A stretch of 64,000 nucleotides of DNA, from assembly GCA_002746565.1 (NCBI GenBank), contig PDPI01000023.1:16037-80036 (forward strand), given 5' to 3'. Positions 29,057-39,437 of this stretch are shown one piece after another. The position numbers and the translations under genes were made by a program. Origin of the DNA: Pseudomonadota bacterium (GTDB taxonomy: Bacteria; Campylobacterota; Campylobacteria; Campylobacterales; Campylobacteraceae). The notes under the pieces were generated by a model, which made no database searches, was not told the DNA's origin, and saw only the letters and a list, made by a program, of their open reading frames with translations. Numbering within the stretch: position 1 is the stretch's first letter; the number at the start of each line of letters is the position of its first letter.

Positions 29057-30640
29057 CTATATTTTAGGACCAGCAGCCGAATAATCAAACTCATCATTTG
29101 CGCTTATGTATTTGTTAAAATTTTCAACAAACATACCTGCTAATTTTTTAGCCATCTCATCGTAAGCATTCTTGTCTTCCCATGTGTTTCTAGGGTTTAG
29201 AACCTTAGTTTCTACGCACTCAAGGGAAGTTGGGATTTCAAGATCAAAAAGAGGAATTTTTTCAAAACTTGCCTTTTGGATGCTTCCATCTAGTATGGCA
29301 TTGATGCATGAGCGTGTGGCTTTGATACTCATTCTTTTACCTCTTCCATAAACTCCCCCTGTCCAACCTGTGTTTACTAAATACACATGAACTCCATGTT
29401 TATCTATCTTTTCGCCTAAAAGTTTGGCATAAAGGGTTGGGTGAAGTGGTAAAAATGCCTCTCCAAAACAAGCTGAAAAAGTTGCCACTGGCTTGGTTAT
29501 ACCCCTTTCAGTTCCAGCAACTTTTGCTGTGTAACCACTTAGAAAATAATACATCGCCTGCTCTTTAGTAAGCTTAGAAACTGGAGGCAAAACTCCAAAG
29601 GCATCGGCTGTTAGGAAGATGATATTGCTTGGATGTCCTGCTTGAAGGCTTGGCTCATGGTTTTGTATATGATAGATTGGGTAGCTTACCCTTGTATTTT
29701 CGGTTTTGCTTCCATCATCATAATCCACCACACCCTTTTCATCATAGACCACATTTTCCAAAAGGGCATCTCGTTTGATGGCTCCGTATATTTCAGGCTC
29801 ATTTTCAGCACTTAGTTTTATGCACTTTGCATAACATCCGCCCTCAAAATTAAATACACCCTCATCATCCCAGCCATGCTCATCATCGCCTATTAATTTT
29901 CTATGTGGATCGGTTGAAAGGGTTGTTTTTCCTGTTCCTGAGAGACCAAAAAATAGTGCTGTATCGCCTTTTTTACCCACATTTGCCGAACAATGCATGG
30001 AAAGTTTTCCCTCAAGTGGTAACCAATAATTCATCATGGAAAAAATTCCCTTTTTCATCTCTCCGCCATACCAAGTTCCGCCAATGACTGCTATATTTTC
30101 TTCCACATTAAAAACCACAAAAACATCCGAATGTAAACCCTGCTTTTGCCAATCCTCATTTACACATTTGCAAGCATTAAAAACGGTAAATTCTGGACTA
30201 AAACCATCTAGATCTTTTTTTTCTGGGCGGATAAACATATTTTTTACAAAATGGGCTTGCCAGGCAACTTGGGTTATAAATCTAACCTTTTTTCTACTTG
30301 CCAAAGAGCCACCACAATAGGCATCTTGGACGTAAAGATCTGTATTTGAGAGCTGTTTTTTTACCTTAGCAAATAAATCATCAAAAATTTTCTCATCTAT
30401 GGGAAAATTGGTATCTCCCCAAGCTATATATTTATTTGATGGGCTTTGATTTACAAAATACTTATCCTTTGGGCTTCTTCCTGTAAAAATCCCAGTATCA
30501 ACCATAAAGGTTCCATTGCTTGAGATTGCACCCTCGCCGTTTTTTACCTCATGTTTGAAAAGTTCATCATAGCTAAGATTGTAAAAAATCTCGCCAATTC
30601 CTTTTAAACCTAGATTTTGTAATGTTTGTTTAAGTGACAT
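29057..30640 (-). CDS. pckA: phosphoenolpyruvate carboxykinase (ATP)
   Basis: 527 aa with the kinase-1a loop [11 protein letters not shown]. Confidence 0.95.
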   Translation of the reverse strand: MSLKQTLQNLGLKGIGEIFYNLSYDELFKHEVKNGEGAISSNGTFMVDTGIFTGRSPKDKYFVNQSPSNKYIAWGDTNFPIDEKIFDDLFAKVKKQLSNTDLYVQDAYCGGSLASRKKVRFITQVAWQAHFVKNMFIRPEKKDLDGFSPEFTVFNACKCVNEDWQKQGLHSDVFVVFNVEENIAVIGGTWYGGEMKKGIFSMMNYWLPLEGKLSMHCSANVGKKGDTALFFGLSGTGKTTLSTDPHRKLIGDDEHGWDDEGVFNFEGGCYAKCIKLSAENEPEIYGAIKRDALLENVVYDEKGVVDYDDGSKTENTRVSYPIYHIQNHEPSLQAGHPSNIIFLTADAFGVLPPVSKLTKEQAMYYFLSGYTAKVAGTERGITKPVATFSACFGEAFLPLHPTLYAKLLGEKIDKHGVHVYLVNTGWTGGVYGRGKRMSIKATRSCINAILDGSIQKASFEKIPLFDLEIPTSLECVETKVLNPRNTWEDKNAYDEMAKKLAGMFVENFNKYISANDEFDYSAAGPKI

Positions 30641-30658
30641 TTTATCTTCCTAAACCTT

Positions 30659-31969
30659 TTATTTGAAAATAGACAAAAGCACACCAGCTGCAACCGCTGA
30701 GCCGATAACCCCTGCCACATTTGGACCCATAGCATGCATTAAAAGCATATTTGTTGGGTCTTCTTTCATGCCTTCTTTATTAGAAACACGAGCCGCCATC
30801 GGAACCGCACTTACTCCTGCTGAGCCTATTAGTGGGTTTATCTTATCTTTGCTTAAAATATTCATAAGTTTTGCCATCAAAATTCCAGCTGCAGTTCCAA
30901 TGGAAAAGGCTATCAAACCAAGGGCTAAGATGCCTAAAGTCTGAGGAACCAAAAACTTTTCAGCTGCAAGTTTTGAGCCAACTGCGAGACCTAGAAAAAT
31001 CGTAACTATATTTATAAGTGAATTTTGCAAAGTATCGCTTAATCTCGCAACAACCCCACTTTCTTTGACCAAGTTTCCAAAGGCTAGAGCACCTATAAGA
31101 GGGGTTGCATCTGGTAAAGCTAAAAGACAAAGAACTAAAATGGTTATGGGAAATAATATCTTTTCAAGTTTTGATACTTGACGAAGCTGAACCATCTTGA
31201 TTTTTCTCTCTTCTTTTGAAGTTAGTGCTCTCATGATAGGTGGTTGGATGATGGGAACTAATGCCATGTAAGAATACGCCGCCACCGCGATGGCCCCAAG
31301 CAAGTCAGGGGCAAGGCGTGAGGCTATAAATATGGCTGTGGGTCCATCTGCACCGCCTATAATTCCAATAGCCGCTGCATCTTGAAGGGAAAAACTAAAA
31401 ATATCCGTGTATTGGCTAAGAGCTAGGGCTCCAACTAGGGTTGCGAAAATTCCAAACTGGGCTGCTCCTCCTAAAAGGGCGGTTTTTGGATTTGCCAAAA
31501 GTGGTCCAAAATCCGTCATGGCTCCCACACCCATGAAAATGATAAGGGGAAATAATCCATTGGCAATTCCAGCATTATAAACAATGCCTAAAAACCCATT
31601 TGGTCCTGCAATTTCAGCTATTGGGATGTTTGCTAACAATCCCCCAAAGCCTATGGGAATGAGTAAAAGTGGCTCAAAACCCTTAGCAATAGCTAGATAA
31701 AAAAGCAAAAATGCCACAAATATCATGATAACTCTACCCCAACTTTGGGTAAATACACTCAATTCATGTCCTTGGGAATCTTTGAGATTTTCCTTTGGAC
31801 TTATAAAGGCATTTAATCCTGTGGTTTTATAAAAACTTCCAAAAAGCTCTCCTAAAGATTTGCTATGATATTCCTTTTGAACCTCAGGGGCCGAGGGTGC
31901 ATGAGTCGAAGCATTTAGGCTTAGGGTGCTAAAAAATAATAAAAATAAAATTACTACAATTTTTCTCAT
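30659..31969 (-). CDS. oadB: Na+-translocating oxaloacetate decarboxylase, beta subunit
   Basis: 436 aa polytopic protein with OadB-family sequence. Directly follows oadA, sharing 1 nt. Confidence 0.85.
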   Translation of the reverse strand: MRKIVVILFLLFFSTLSLNASTHAPSAPEVQKEYHSKSLGELFGSFYKTTGLNAFISPKENLKDSQGHELSVFTQSWGRVIMIFVAFLLFYLAIAKGFEPLLLIPIGFGGLLANIPIAEIAGPNGFLGIVYNAGIANGLFPLIIFMGVGAMTDFGPLLANPKTALLGGAAQFGIFATLVGALALSQYTDIFSFSLQDAAAIGIIGGADGPTAIFIASRLAPDLLGAIAVAAYSYMALVPIIQPPIMRALTSKEERKIKMVQLRQVSKLEKILFPITILVLCLLALPDATPLIGALAFGNLVKESGVVARLSDTLQNSLINIVTIFLGLAVGSKLAAEKFLVPQTLGILALGLIAFSIGTAAGILMAKLMNILSKDKINPLIGSAGVSAVPMAARVSNKEGMKEDPTNMLLMHAMGPNVAGVIGSAVAAGVLLSIFK

Positions 31970-33768
31970 TATAAACTTACCAATAATTGCTCATTTTCAA
32001 CCACATCGCCCACATTTACATGTAAGGCAGAAACCACTCCATCAGCAGGGGCTACAACTTCTATTTCCATTTTCATAGCTTCCAATATAACTATAACTTC
32101 CCCATTTTTAACCGCTTGACCCTCTTTAACTAGGATTTTAAATACACTTCCTGGCAAAGTTGATTTTACCTCAACTCCACTACTTTTAGATGCAGATGGG
32201 GCAGGAGCTGAAGGGGCATTTGATGGTGTTAGGGACTTAATTTCTACATTTTCACCCTCAGCTACTTGCACATTATAGCTTTGTCCATTTACTACAACGG
32301 TGTAAGAACCTGAACTTGAAGCCTTAGCGGGAATTTTTGGTGCTTCTTTTTTGACTGATTTATCTATCTTTCTAACATTTACCCTTGCTTCACCCTTTAG
32401 GAAAGCTACACCCTTTTCCTTACAAGCTGCTACTATGAAAAGGTTTTCATCATTTACTTCTATTTTCTCATCTTCAAGGATTTTTTGGGTATAGGCAAGG
32501 GATTTTGTCTCATCCTTATCGGCAATATCTATGGCATTTTCTTTTGTCGGTTCTAGATCTAATTGTTTTGAGGCTAATTCAACTACCTCACTATTTGGTT
32601 CAACGGGAGTTTTACCAAAATATCCTAGGACCATCTTTCCATATCCATCGGCGATTTTTTTCCATTTTCCAAACATAACGTTGTTAAAAGCTTGCTGGAA
32701 ATAAAACTGACTAACAGGGGTTACACTAGTTCCATATCCGCCCTTTTCAACCACTTCCCTCATGGCATTAATCACTTCTGGGAATTTATCTAGGATATTA
32801 TTGTCCCTCATCATTTGGGTATTTGCCGTCAAAGCTCCACCAGGCATTGGAGAAAATGGGATAAGTGGGCTAACCTGCGTCGCTTCTGGGGGCATAAAAT
32901 AATCTTTTAATTGATCTTTTAGCACTTCTTCGTATTTTAAAACTTTTTCTACCTCAAGTCCACCTAGATCATACCCCTTGCCTTTTACAGCATGGAGCAT
33001 GGTTAAAATATCAGGCTGACTCGTTCCCCCGCTTACTGGAGATGCGGCTAGATCTATACCATCAACTCCTGCTTCAAGGGCGGCTAGATAACATGCTATA
33101 CTAACCCCTGCGGTCTCATGGGTATGAAGTCTTAGGTGGGTATTTTCTGGCACTAGTTTTCTTGCCATCTTGATAGTCTCATAAACCTTTTGGGGATTGC
33201 TCGTGCCACTTGCATCCTTAAAACAGATACTATCGTAAGGAATACCACTATCTAGTATCTCGCGAAGAGTTTTTTCATAAAAAGCCACATCATGTGCCCC
33301 TTTACACTTTGGAGGTAAATCCATTAAGGTCACTACCACTTCATGCTTTAAGCCGTGGTGATCTATTCTTTCGCCACTATATTTTAGATTTTCCACATCA
33401 TTTAGGGCGTCGAAATTTCTAATGGTTGTGGTTCCGTGTTTTTTAAACATTTTTGCATGCAGATCTACAAGTTCTCTGCTTCCTGTATCTAGCATAACAG
33501 TATTTACTCCACGGGAAAGAGTTTGCAAATTTGCATCTTTGCCGACAACCTTCCTAAACTCATCCATCATGTCAAAGGCATTTTCATTTAAATAAAAAAA
33601 TAAACTCTGAAACCTAGCTCCTCCACCAAATTCAAAGTGGGTAACGCCAGCTTGTGAAGCTGCCTCCACTGCGGGCATGAAATCTTTTATTAAAACCCTA
33701 CCACCAAATACGGACTGAAACCCATCCCTAAATGTTGTATCCATTATATCTATAAATTTTTTTGCCAT
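31969..33768 (-). CDS. oadA: oxaloacetate decarboxylase alpha subunit (carboxyltransferase plus biotinyl domain)
   Basis: 599 aa with an N-terminal TIM carboxyltransferase ([10 protein letters not shown]) and the C-terminal biotinylation motif EAMKME. Confidence 0.9.
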   Translation of the reverse strand: MAKKFIDIMDTTFRDGFQSVFGGRVLIKDFMPAVEAASQAGVTHFEFGGGARFQSLFFYLNENAFDMMDEFRKVVGKDANLQTLSRGVNTVMLDTGSRELVDLHAKMFKKHGTTTIRNFDALNDVENLKYSGERIDHHGLKHEVVVTLMDLPPKCKGAHDVAFYEKTLREILDSGIPYDSICFKDASGTSNPQKVYETIKMARKLVPENTHLRLHTHETAGVSIACYLAALEAGVDGIDLAASPVSGGTSQPDILTMLHAVKGKGYDLGGLEVEKVLKYEEVLKDQLKDYFMPPEATQVSPLIPFSPMPGGALTANTQMMRDNNILDKFPEVINAMREVVEKGGYGTSVTPVSQFYFQQAFNNVMFGKWKKIADGYGKMVLGYFGKTPVEPNSEVVELASKQLDLEPTKENAIDIADKDETKSLAYTQKILEDEKIEVNDENLFIVAACKEKGVAFLKGEARVNVRKIDKSVKKEAPKIPAKASSSGSYTVVVNGQSYNVQVAEGENVEIKSLTPSNAPSAPAPSASKSSGVEVKSTLPGSVFKILVKEGQAVKNGEVIVILEAMKMEIEVVAPADGVVSALHVNVGDVVENEQLLVSL

Positions 33769-34043
33769 TATCGTCCTTTATTTTGATTTTTAAATTGTGT
33801 GATTGCAGCTGATATAACAGCAACTAGGGCTGTGTCATCTTGTGTGTTTTGAGTGCTTGAGTTTGGAACTTGCACTAGGGGTTTAGTAAAAAACTTTGCT
33901 ATGATGGATGATTGTATTTTTAATACTATAACCATAAGAATTAAAAATAAAAACACCGTTACCATGCCCAAAGCCATAAATTTCAAACCCTCGCTAACTA
34001 GGTTCATCTCCATAGCATTATGCCTTTTTTGCTTTTTGCCCAT
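33768..34043 (-). CDS. oadG: oxaloacetate decarboxylase gamma subunit
   Basis: Small single-TM protein immediately upstream of oadA. An internal Met (MEMNLV) may be the true start. Confidence 0.7.
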   Translation of the reverse strand: MGKKQKRHNAMEMNLVSEGLKFMALGMVTVFLFLILMVIVLKIQSSIIAKFFTKPLVQVPNSSTQNTQDDTALVAVISAAITQFKNQNKGR

Positions 34044-34168
34044 AAAATTTTATGAAGCTGGGTTATTTTAGCATTTAGTTTATTAAAAAAACCTAACTAA
34101 AAGGGGAGGCACTTAAAAAAAATTCATATATGAAAATTGGTAACAAAAAAGTTTATTTTTAAATCTCC

Positions 34169-37000
34169 TTATTTTTTTGCTTTGGTGCATCTATCGACCA
34201 AATACATTATATTTCTATAAGCTAATCCACTATGTTCGCTTAGTCCGATCTCACATGTTTTACTCGTAGAAAATGCCAGTTTAACACCCTTTGGAATTTC
34301 TTCTTTTAAATGGCGGAGAGCGGATGAATTTAATTCTGGAAAAGTAAAGCCCCTATCTCCTGCAAATCCGCAACAACTTACTTTTTTAGGAATGATGACT
34401 TTATGGGAGCATTTATTTGCTAATTCTTCTAAAAAATGGGCTGAGCCTGAAGTTTGGGTGCTGCATGTTTTGTGGATAAGAATTGGCTCATCCACCTTTG
34501 TAAAACTTAGATCATCAAGTAAAAATCTCATAACAAATTCATCGGCTCCGTAGATTTTAAGCTTTGCATCTAGGTGGCTTTTCATGGTTTTTGTACAGGG
34601 AGACATATCGCAGATGATGGGATATTTTCCATTGTTTGTGGCTATTCTTAGGGCATTTTGAAGTTCTTTGTTTTTCACATCTCCTTCTTCTTTGTATCCT
34701 TTAGAATAAAAGGGCATTCCACAGCACAGATCTTGCGAATATTTTGGCACAATTAGCTCATACCCAGCCTTGTTTAGTATGCTTTTAACCACTTCATGGA
34801 TGGTTTTTTCATCTCTTTTTGGCTTTGGATTTCCAAAAGTTTGATTGATACACGAAGAAAAGTAAACCACTTTTTTATGGCTCTTATAGGGTTTAAGATC
34901 TTGCTTTAGGGGCTTTTGTCCACTTGGCAAACTTGCATTCCATAATGGAATATGATTTTTACTAAGTTTGTGTATTTTCTTGGCAACCGATTTTGAAAAA
35001 TCCACATTTAAGTGGCTTAATACATGTAAACCTTTTAGGGCGTATCTTGCCACATTTAAAAGTCCTCCATAATGGGATGAGGCAAAAGAGGCAAGGTTTT
35101 TATTGAAACTTGTTGCCTCAATGGAGCGTAAATATTTTGTCATATCTCCCATATTTATACCAACAGGACAGCGGGTAAAACAAAGCGAACAAGTAGCACA
35201 GGTTTCTAGTCCATCATAAGTATATTTGGCTTTAAGATCTTTAAATTTTGCTACATCTTTAGTTTTTAATTGGCTTAATTTTCTATTTGCAACTATGCGT
35301 TGACGGGGTGTCAGGCTTAGCATATTAGACGGACAAACACTCTCGCAAAAACCGCACTCTATGCACATATCCACAAGCTTGTTTGTTTTTGGTAAAATTT
35401 TCAGATTTTGCAAATGGGCTTTTGGGTCTTTATTTATGATAACTCCCGGATTTAGAAGATTATGTGGATCAAAAATATTTTTAATCTCTTTCATAATCTC
35501 ATAGGCTTCCTCGCCCCATTCTAAGGATACAAAAGGAGCCATATTTCTCCCCGTTCCATGCTCAGCTTTTAGGCTTCCTTTGTAATGAGACGCCACATGC
35601 AAAGATAGCTCTTGCATGAAATTATCGTATTGTTCTTTTTGTTTTCGGGTTTCAAAGGTTTGGGTAAAAACAAAATGCACATTGCTATCTAGGGCGTGTC
35701 CGAAGATTATGCTATCTTCATACCCATGTTTTTTCATTATCTTTTTTAGGTCTAATATTCCCCTAGCAAAATCTTCCATAGGATACGCCACATCCTCTAT
35801 GATAACCGTTGTTCCAACCTCCCTAACCCCTCCAACTGCTGGAAAGAGGCCCTTTCTTATGTTCCAAAAAGTGGTATATTCTTGCACATTTGTCGTAAAA
35901 CTAGCGGGAATTTCCATATCCCAATTTTTTAAAATATCCAAAATAACATCTATATTTTCTTTTAAAATTTTAGGATTTTTTGCCCTTGTTTCTATCAAAA
36001 GAGCTGTGGCGTCTTTGCTTAGGGTTTTTAGGTATGGGGGCATTCCTTCTTTATTTTCAACGCTTTTTAATGACCTTCTATCCATAAGTTCAGCCGCATC
36101 TACCCTATCTTTGCAGGTAAGTTTTAATTTCGCAACCGCTTCACAGGCATCTTTTATATTTTTAAAAATGATTAAACCACTTGCCTTATCCTTATAATCA
36201 GGTATAGTTTTTAATGTAACCTCTTCTATAAATCCCAAAGTTCCCTCACTCCCAACCATTAGATGTTTGATAATCTCATACACATCTTCATAATCAACCA
36301 AGGAATTTAAACCATAGCCACAGGTATTTTTTATCTGAAATTTTTTGATAATTTTTGCTTTTAACTCTTTATTTTCGCTAAGTTTTTTGGCAAGGGAGGA
36401 AATGTTTGCTAAAAGGTCTTTATGGGTTTTTTCAAACTCTTTTTTACTTTGCTCACTACTGGTATCAAGCCTTGAGCCATCACTAAAAATAAGCTTAATA
36501 TCTTTGATAGTTTTATAGGAATTATCCTCAGTCCCACAACACATTCCACTTGCATTATTTGCCACTATACCACCTATCATAGCACTATTTATGGACGCTG
36601 GATCTGGTCCTATCTTTTTTTGAAATTTGCCAAGTGAAGTGTTTGCATCTAAACCTATTACCGATGGGGCAAGGCTTACAAAATTTTTATCTTTAGAAAT
36701 ACTTATGTTATCCCAATCCCTTGAAGTTACAACCAAAATAGAATCGCTTATAGCTTGCCCAGAAAGGCTAGTTCCTGCTGCACGGAAAACCATTGGTAAG
36801 GCTAGATCTGAGGCAGTTTTGATGATATTTGCAACCTCATCTGCATTATTTGCCCAAATGACAATCTTTGGCACAAGCCTATAAAATGAAGCATCAGTTC
36901 CGTAAGCTAGGGTTCTTAAACTATCTGTAAAAATTCTAGATCTATCAATACTTTGGCTAATAAGATGGTAAAATTTAAGGTAATTTCCATGGAGTAACAT
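34169..37000 (-). CDS. FAD-linked oxidase fused to 4Fe-4S and CCG cysteine-rich domains (D-lactate/2-hydroxyacid dehydrogenase-like)
   Basis: 943 aa with an N-terminal FAD-binding PCMH domain, CIECGFCESVCP and CATCSLCFTRCP ferredoxin motifs, and C-terminal CCG motifs (LCCGMP, VSCCGFAG). Confidence 0.8.
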   Translation of the reverse strand: MLLHGNYLKFYHLISQSIDRSRIFTDSLRTLAYGTDASFYRLVPKIVIWANNADEVANIIKTASDLALPMVFRAAGTSLSGQAISDSILVVTSRDWDNISISKDKNFVSLAPSVIGLDANTSLGKFQKKIGPDPASINSAMIGGIVANNASGMCCGTEDNSYKTIKDIKLIFSDGSRLDTSSEQSKKEFEKTHKDLLANISSLAKKLSENKELKAKIIKKFQIKNTCGYGLNSLVDYEDVYEIIKHLMVGSEGTLGFIEEVTLKTIPDYKDKASGLIIFKNIKDACEAVAKLKLTCKDRVDAAELMDRRSLKSVENKEGMPPYLKTLSKDATALLIETRAKNPKILKENIDVILDILKNWDMEIPASFTTNVQEYTTFWNIRKGLFPAVGGVREVGTTVIIEDVAYPMEDFARGILDLKKIMKKHGYEDSIIFGHALDSNVHFVFTQTFETRKQKEQYDNFMQELSLHVASHYKGSLKAEHGTGRNMAPFVSLEWGEEAYEIMKEIKNIFDPHNLLNPGVIINKDPKAHLQNLKILPKTNKLVDMCIECGFCESVCPSNMLSLTPRQRIVANRKLSQLKTKDVAKFKDLKAKYTYDGLETCATCSLCFTRCPVGINMGDMTKYLRSIEATSFNKNLASFASSHYGGLLNVARYALKGLHVLSHLNVDFSKSVAKKIHKLSKNHIPLWNASLPSGQKPLKQDLKPYKSHKKVVYFSSCINQTFGNPKPKRDEKTIHEVVKSILNKAGYELIVPKYSQDLCCGMPFYSKGYKEEGDVKNKELQNALRIATNNGKYPIICDMSPCTKTMKSHLDAKLKIYGADEFVMRFLLDDLSFTKVDEPILIHKTCSTQTSGSAHFLEELANKCSHKVIIPKKVSCCGFAGDRGFTFPELNSSALRHLKEEIPKGVKLAFSTSKTCEIGLSEHSGLAYRNIMYLVDRCTKAKK

Positions 37001-37075
37001 AGTTTATCCTTTTTGGAGGCTGTTTTGTGGATTTTACTATTTTATTATTGATAATATGTTGAAATGATAATAAAT

Positions 37076-38422
37076 CTAATTAGTCCAACTTACTCCAAAT
37101 ATTTCTGGAAAAAACATAAATATAATCATAATGCTTATTTGCAAAAATATAAAAGGGATTACACCCCTGTAAATATCAATGGTTCTAACATGGGCAGGTG
37201 CTACTCCTCGCAAGAAAAATAAACTAAACCCAAAGGGAGGGGTTAGAAATGAAGTTTGCAAGTTTAAGGCTATCAAAATAGCAAACCATACTGGGTTTAT
37301 ACCTAGATTTAATACTATTGGAGCTATAATTGGAACTATGATATATGAAATTTCCACAAAGTCTATAAAAAAACCAAGTATCATAATGGCAATCATAGAA
37401 AAGATAATAAATCCCCATTTTTCCCCAGGCAAACTTAACATAAAAGTCTCTATAATCTCATCTCCACCAGCATAGGTAAACACCATAGTAAAAGCTGTTG
37501 CGCCTATCAAGATGCCAAAAACCATGGCTGTAATTTTAGCAGTCTCTAAGGATACTTCTTTTAACATAGAAAAAGAAAAACTTTTATAAAAAATGGAAAG
37601 CAAAATAGCACCCATGCACCCAACAGAAGAGCTTTCAGTTGGGGTTGCAACCCCTGCGAATATGGAGCCTAAAACCAAGACAACTAAAACTAGAGTTGGA
37701 ATGATGGCTAGGAGGGCATTTTTTATTTGCTTTGATTTTTTTATATCTTGCTCAAATTCTATACTAGGTGCTAAATCCTTTTTCCAAAAAGCTACAAACA
37801 AAATAAAAAGTATATAAACTCCCACCAGGGCAAGTCCAGGGTAAAAGGCGGTTTTAAATAGATCCCCAGCAGGAACCCCAAAAACATCCCCTAGGATTAT
37901 CAAAACTATGGATGGAGGGATGATTTGACCTAAAGTTCCAGAAGCACAAATAGTTCCTGTGGCTATGGATTTGTTATAATTGTATTTTAGCATAACGGGC
38001 AAAGATATAACTCCCATAGCAACCACACTAGCCCCCACGACTCCAGTTGAAGCTGCAAGTAAGGCACCTACAAGTATGGTACTAATAGCAACTCCACCCC
38101 TAATTCTTCCAAATAAAAATCCCATAGATTCGAGCATAGCCTCAGCAAGACGGGTTTTTTGCAAAACCATTCCCATAAAGATAAAAAGAGGAACGGCTAG
38201 CAAAATAGTGTTTTTCATGATGGAAAATATACGAAAGGGCATCATAGAAAACATATCTAAGCCAATTTCAATCCCATCCATCAAGGTGTCCCCATCCCCA
38301 AGGGCTTCTAAAACTCCACCAATCAAACCAAAAAATACAGCCACAGCCCCAAAGGTAAAAGCCACAGGAAAGCCTATAAGCAACATAAACAAAGCCGCAA
38401 AAAACATCACTATACCAAGCAT
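37076..38422 (-). CDS. dctM: TRAP transporter large permease
   Basis: 448 aa polytopic DctM-family protein. Its start and the dctQ stop share nt 38422. Confidence 0.85.
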   Translation of the reverse strand: MLGIVMFFAALFMLLIGFPVAFTFGAVAVFFGLIGGVLEALGDGDTLMDGIEIGLDMFSMMPFRIFSIMKNTILLAVPLFIFMGMVLQKTRLAEAMLESMGFLFGRIRGGVAISTILVGALLAASTGVVGASVVAMGVISLPVMLKYNYNKSIATGTICASGTLGQIIPPSIVLIILGDVFGVPAGDLFKTAFYPGLALVGVYILFILFVAFWKKDLAPSIEFEQDIKKSKQIKNALLAIIPTLVLVVLVLGSIFAGVATPTESSSVGCMGAILLSIFYKSFSFSMLKEVSLETAKITAMVFGILIGATAFTMVFTYAGGDEIIETFMLSLPGEKWGFIIFSMIAIMILGFFIDFVEISYIIVPIIAPIVLNLGINPVWFAILIALNLQTSFLTPPFGFSLFFLRGVAPAHVRTIDIYRGVIPFIFLQISIMIIFMFFPEIFGVSWTN

Positions 38423-38964
38423 TAAGCAAGTGCCTTTTTGTCTATTCTTTGGTTAAGATTTGAATCACAACCTCGATATAGATTTATATTTTTTATGATA
38501 AACCCAACAGAATAAAAAACCAAAAACCAAAAAGAAAGGGGTATCATGCCCTTAACTATCCACCAATACGCAAGACCACCTGGGTCGGCGCTGCCTTCGT
38601 TGCTGTTAAAAGATTCTAAAGCATAAGGGGTGGAATTTATAGCAATTAGCAAGGAAATGGGAAGCAAAAAGATAAGAGTTCCAAAAATATTTATAATAGC
38701 CTTTTTCTTGTGATCTAGTTTATCGTAAACTATATCCACTCTCACATGAGCATCTTGACTTAGGGTGTAAACTAACCCAAAAAGCATAACCACTGAAAAA
38801 AAGTGCCATTCCATTTCTTGCAACGCTAAAGAGCCAGTTTTGAAAAAATATCTTAAAATAACATCCAAAAACACATTTAACATCATCAAAAAAGTTGCAA
38901 ATGCACATATGTAGCCTATAAATTTAGCAAATTTATCAAAAATCTTTTCTAATTTTAACAACAT
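38422..38964 (-). CDS. dctQ: TRAP transporter small permease
   Basis: 180 aa with 4 TM helices, directly upstream of dctM. Confidence 0.8.
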   Translation of the reverse strand: MLLKLEKIFDKFAKFIGYICAFATFLMMLNVFLDVILRYFFKTGSLALQEMEWHFFSVVMLFGLVYTLSQDAHVRVDIVYDKLDHKKKAIINIFGTLIFLLPISLLIAINSTPYALESFNSNEGSADPGGLAYWWIVKGMIPLSFWFLVFYSVGFIIKNINLYRGCDSNLNQRIDKKALA

Positions 38965-38974
38965 AACAAATCAT

Positions 38975-39238
38975 TTATTCTATAAAATTTTGTGGGTTTT
39001 TTATGATAAGGGAATGATCAGCTATCGCCTCTTCGGCCGTATGATAGCGTTCATTAAAAAGCGGTTTCTCATAATCCACATCATCCCCATCCAAAGGAAA
39101 CACCATAGTTTCATAAACTATACGATCATCATCTTCAAACCATGTGTGGCGAATGGGTGTGGCTATGGTCGATACTAAAAATTCTTTTTTATTGTATTTT
39201 ACTATATTTTTAAGTTCTAAGTCTTTCATAGGTGGCAA
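38975..39238 (-). CDS. small acidic hypothetical protein
   Basis: 87-aa ORF 10 nt upstream of dctQ. The ATG at 39229 is a more likely start than the track TTG. There is no SD sequence. TATAAT lies 8 nt upstream of that ATG, so the transcript may be leaderless. Confidence 0.45.
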   Translation of the reverse strand: MPPMKDLELKNIVKYNKKEFLVSTIATPIRHTWFEDDDRIVYETMVFPLDGDDVDYEKPLFNERYHTAEEAIADHSLIIKNPQNFIE

Positions 39239-39270
39239 TTATACTCAGTTTACTTTAAGGTTTGCTTACG

Positions 39271-39408
39271 TGCACTGGCTAAATGGGGATTTAGCCGGTG
39301 CTGAAAACGGAAAACAGATAACTAGTAAAGTAAGCATTTTTTCAAAATGCCATTTATTTTTATGTTATTTTGTCAGTGTGTAAGGATGGCACTAACTAAA
39401 TCAGTGCC
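39271..39408 (+). repeat. dispersed structured element, copy 5 (3 heptamers plus an extra 3' hairpin)
   Basis: H1 GCACTGGCTAAAT-GGGG-ATTTAGCCGGTGC (13 bp including one G.T), GAAAACG GAAAACA GATAACT, H2, T tail and GTCAGTG. An additional hairpin GGCACT-aactaaatc-AGTGCC lies at 39388-39408. Confidence 0.9.
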
Positions 39409-39437
39409 ATAAAGAGGACCTTTGTAAGCGTTCTAGA

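Noticed and set aside
35616-36197. Long antisense ORFs inside well-supported genes. These are the 193-aa ORF here, 44445-45086 (213 aa) opposite the kinase, 54465-55061 (198 aa) opposite the SPOR gene, and 37980-38456 (158 aa) opposite dctM.
   Set aside because: They are shadow ORFs typical of AT-rich genomes. Their composition is low-complexity (S/F/L/K-rich), they lack an RBS, and each is fully contained in a gene with clear family motifs on the other strand.
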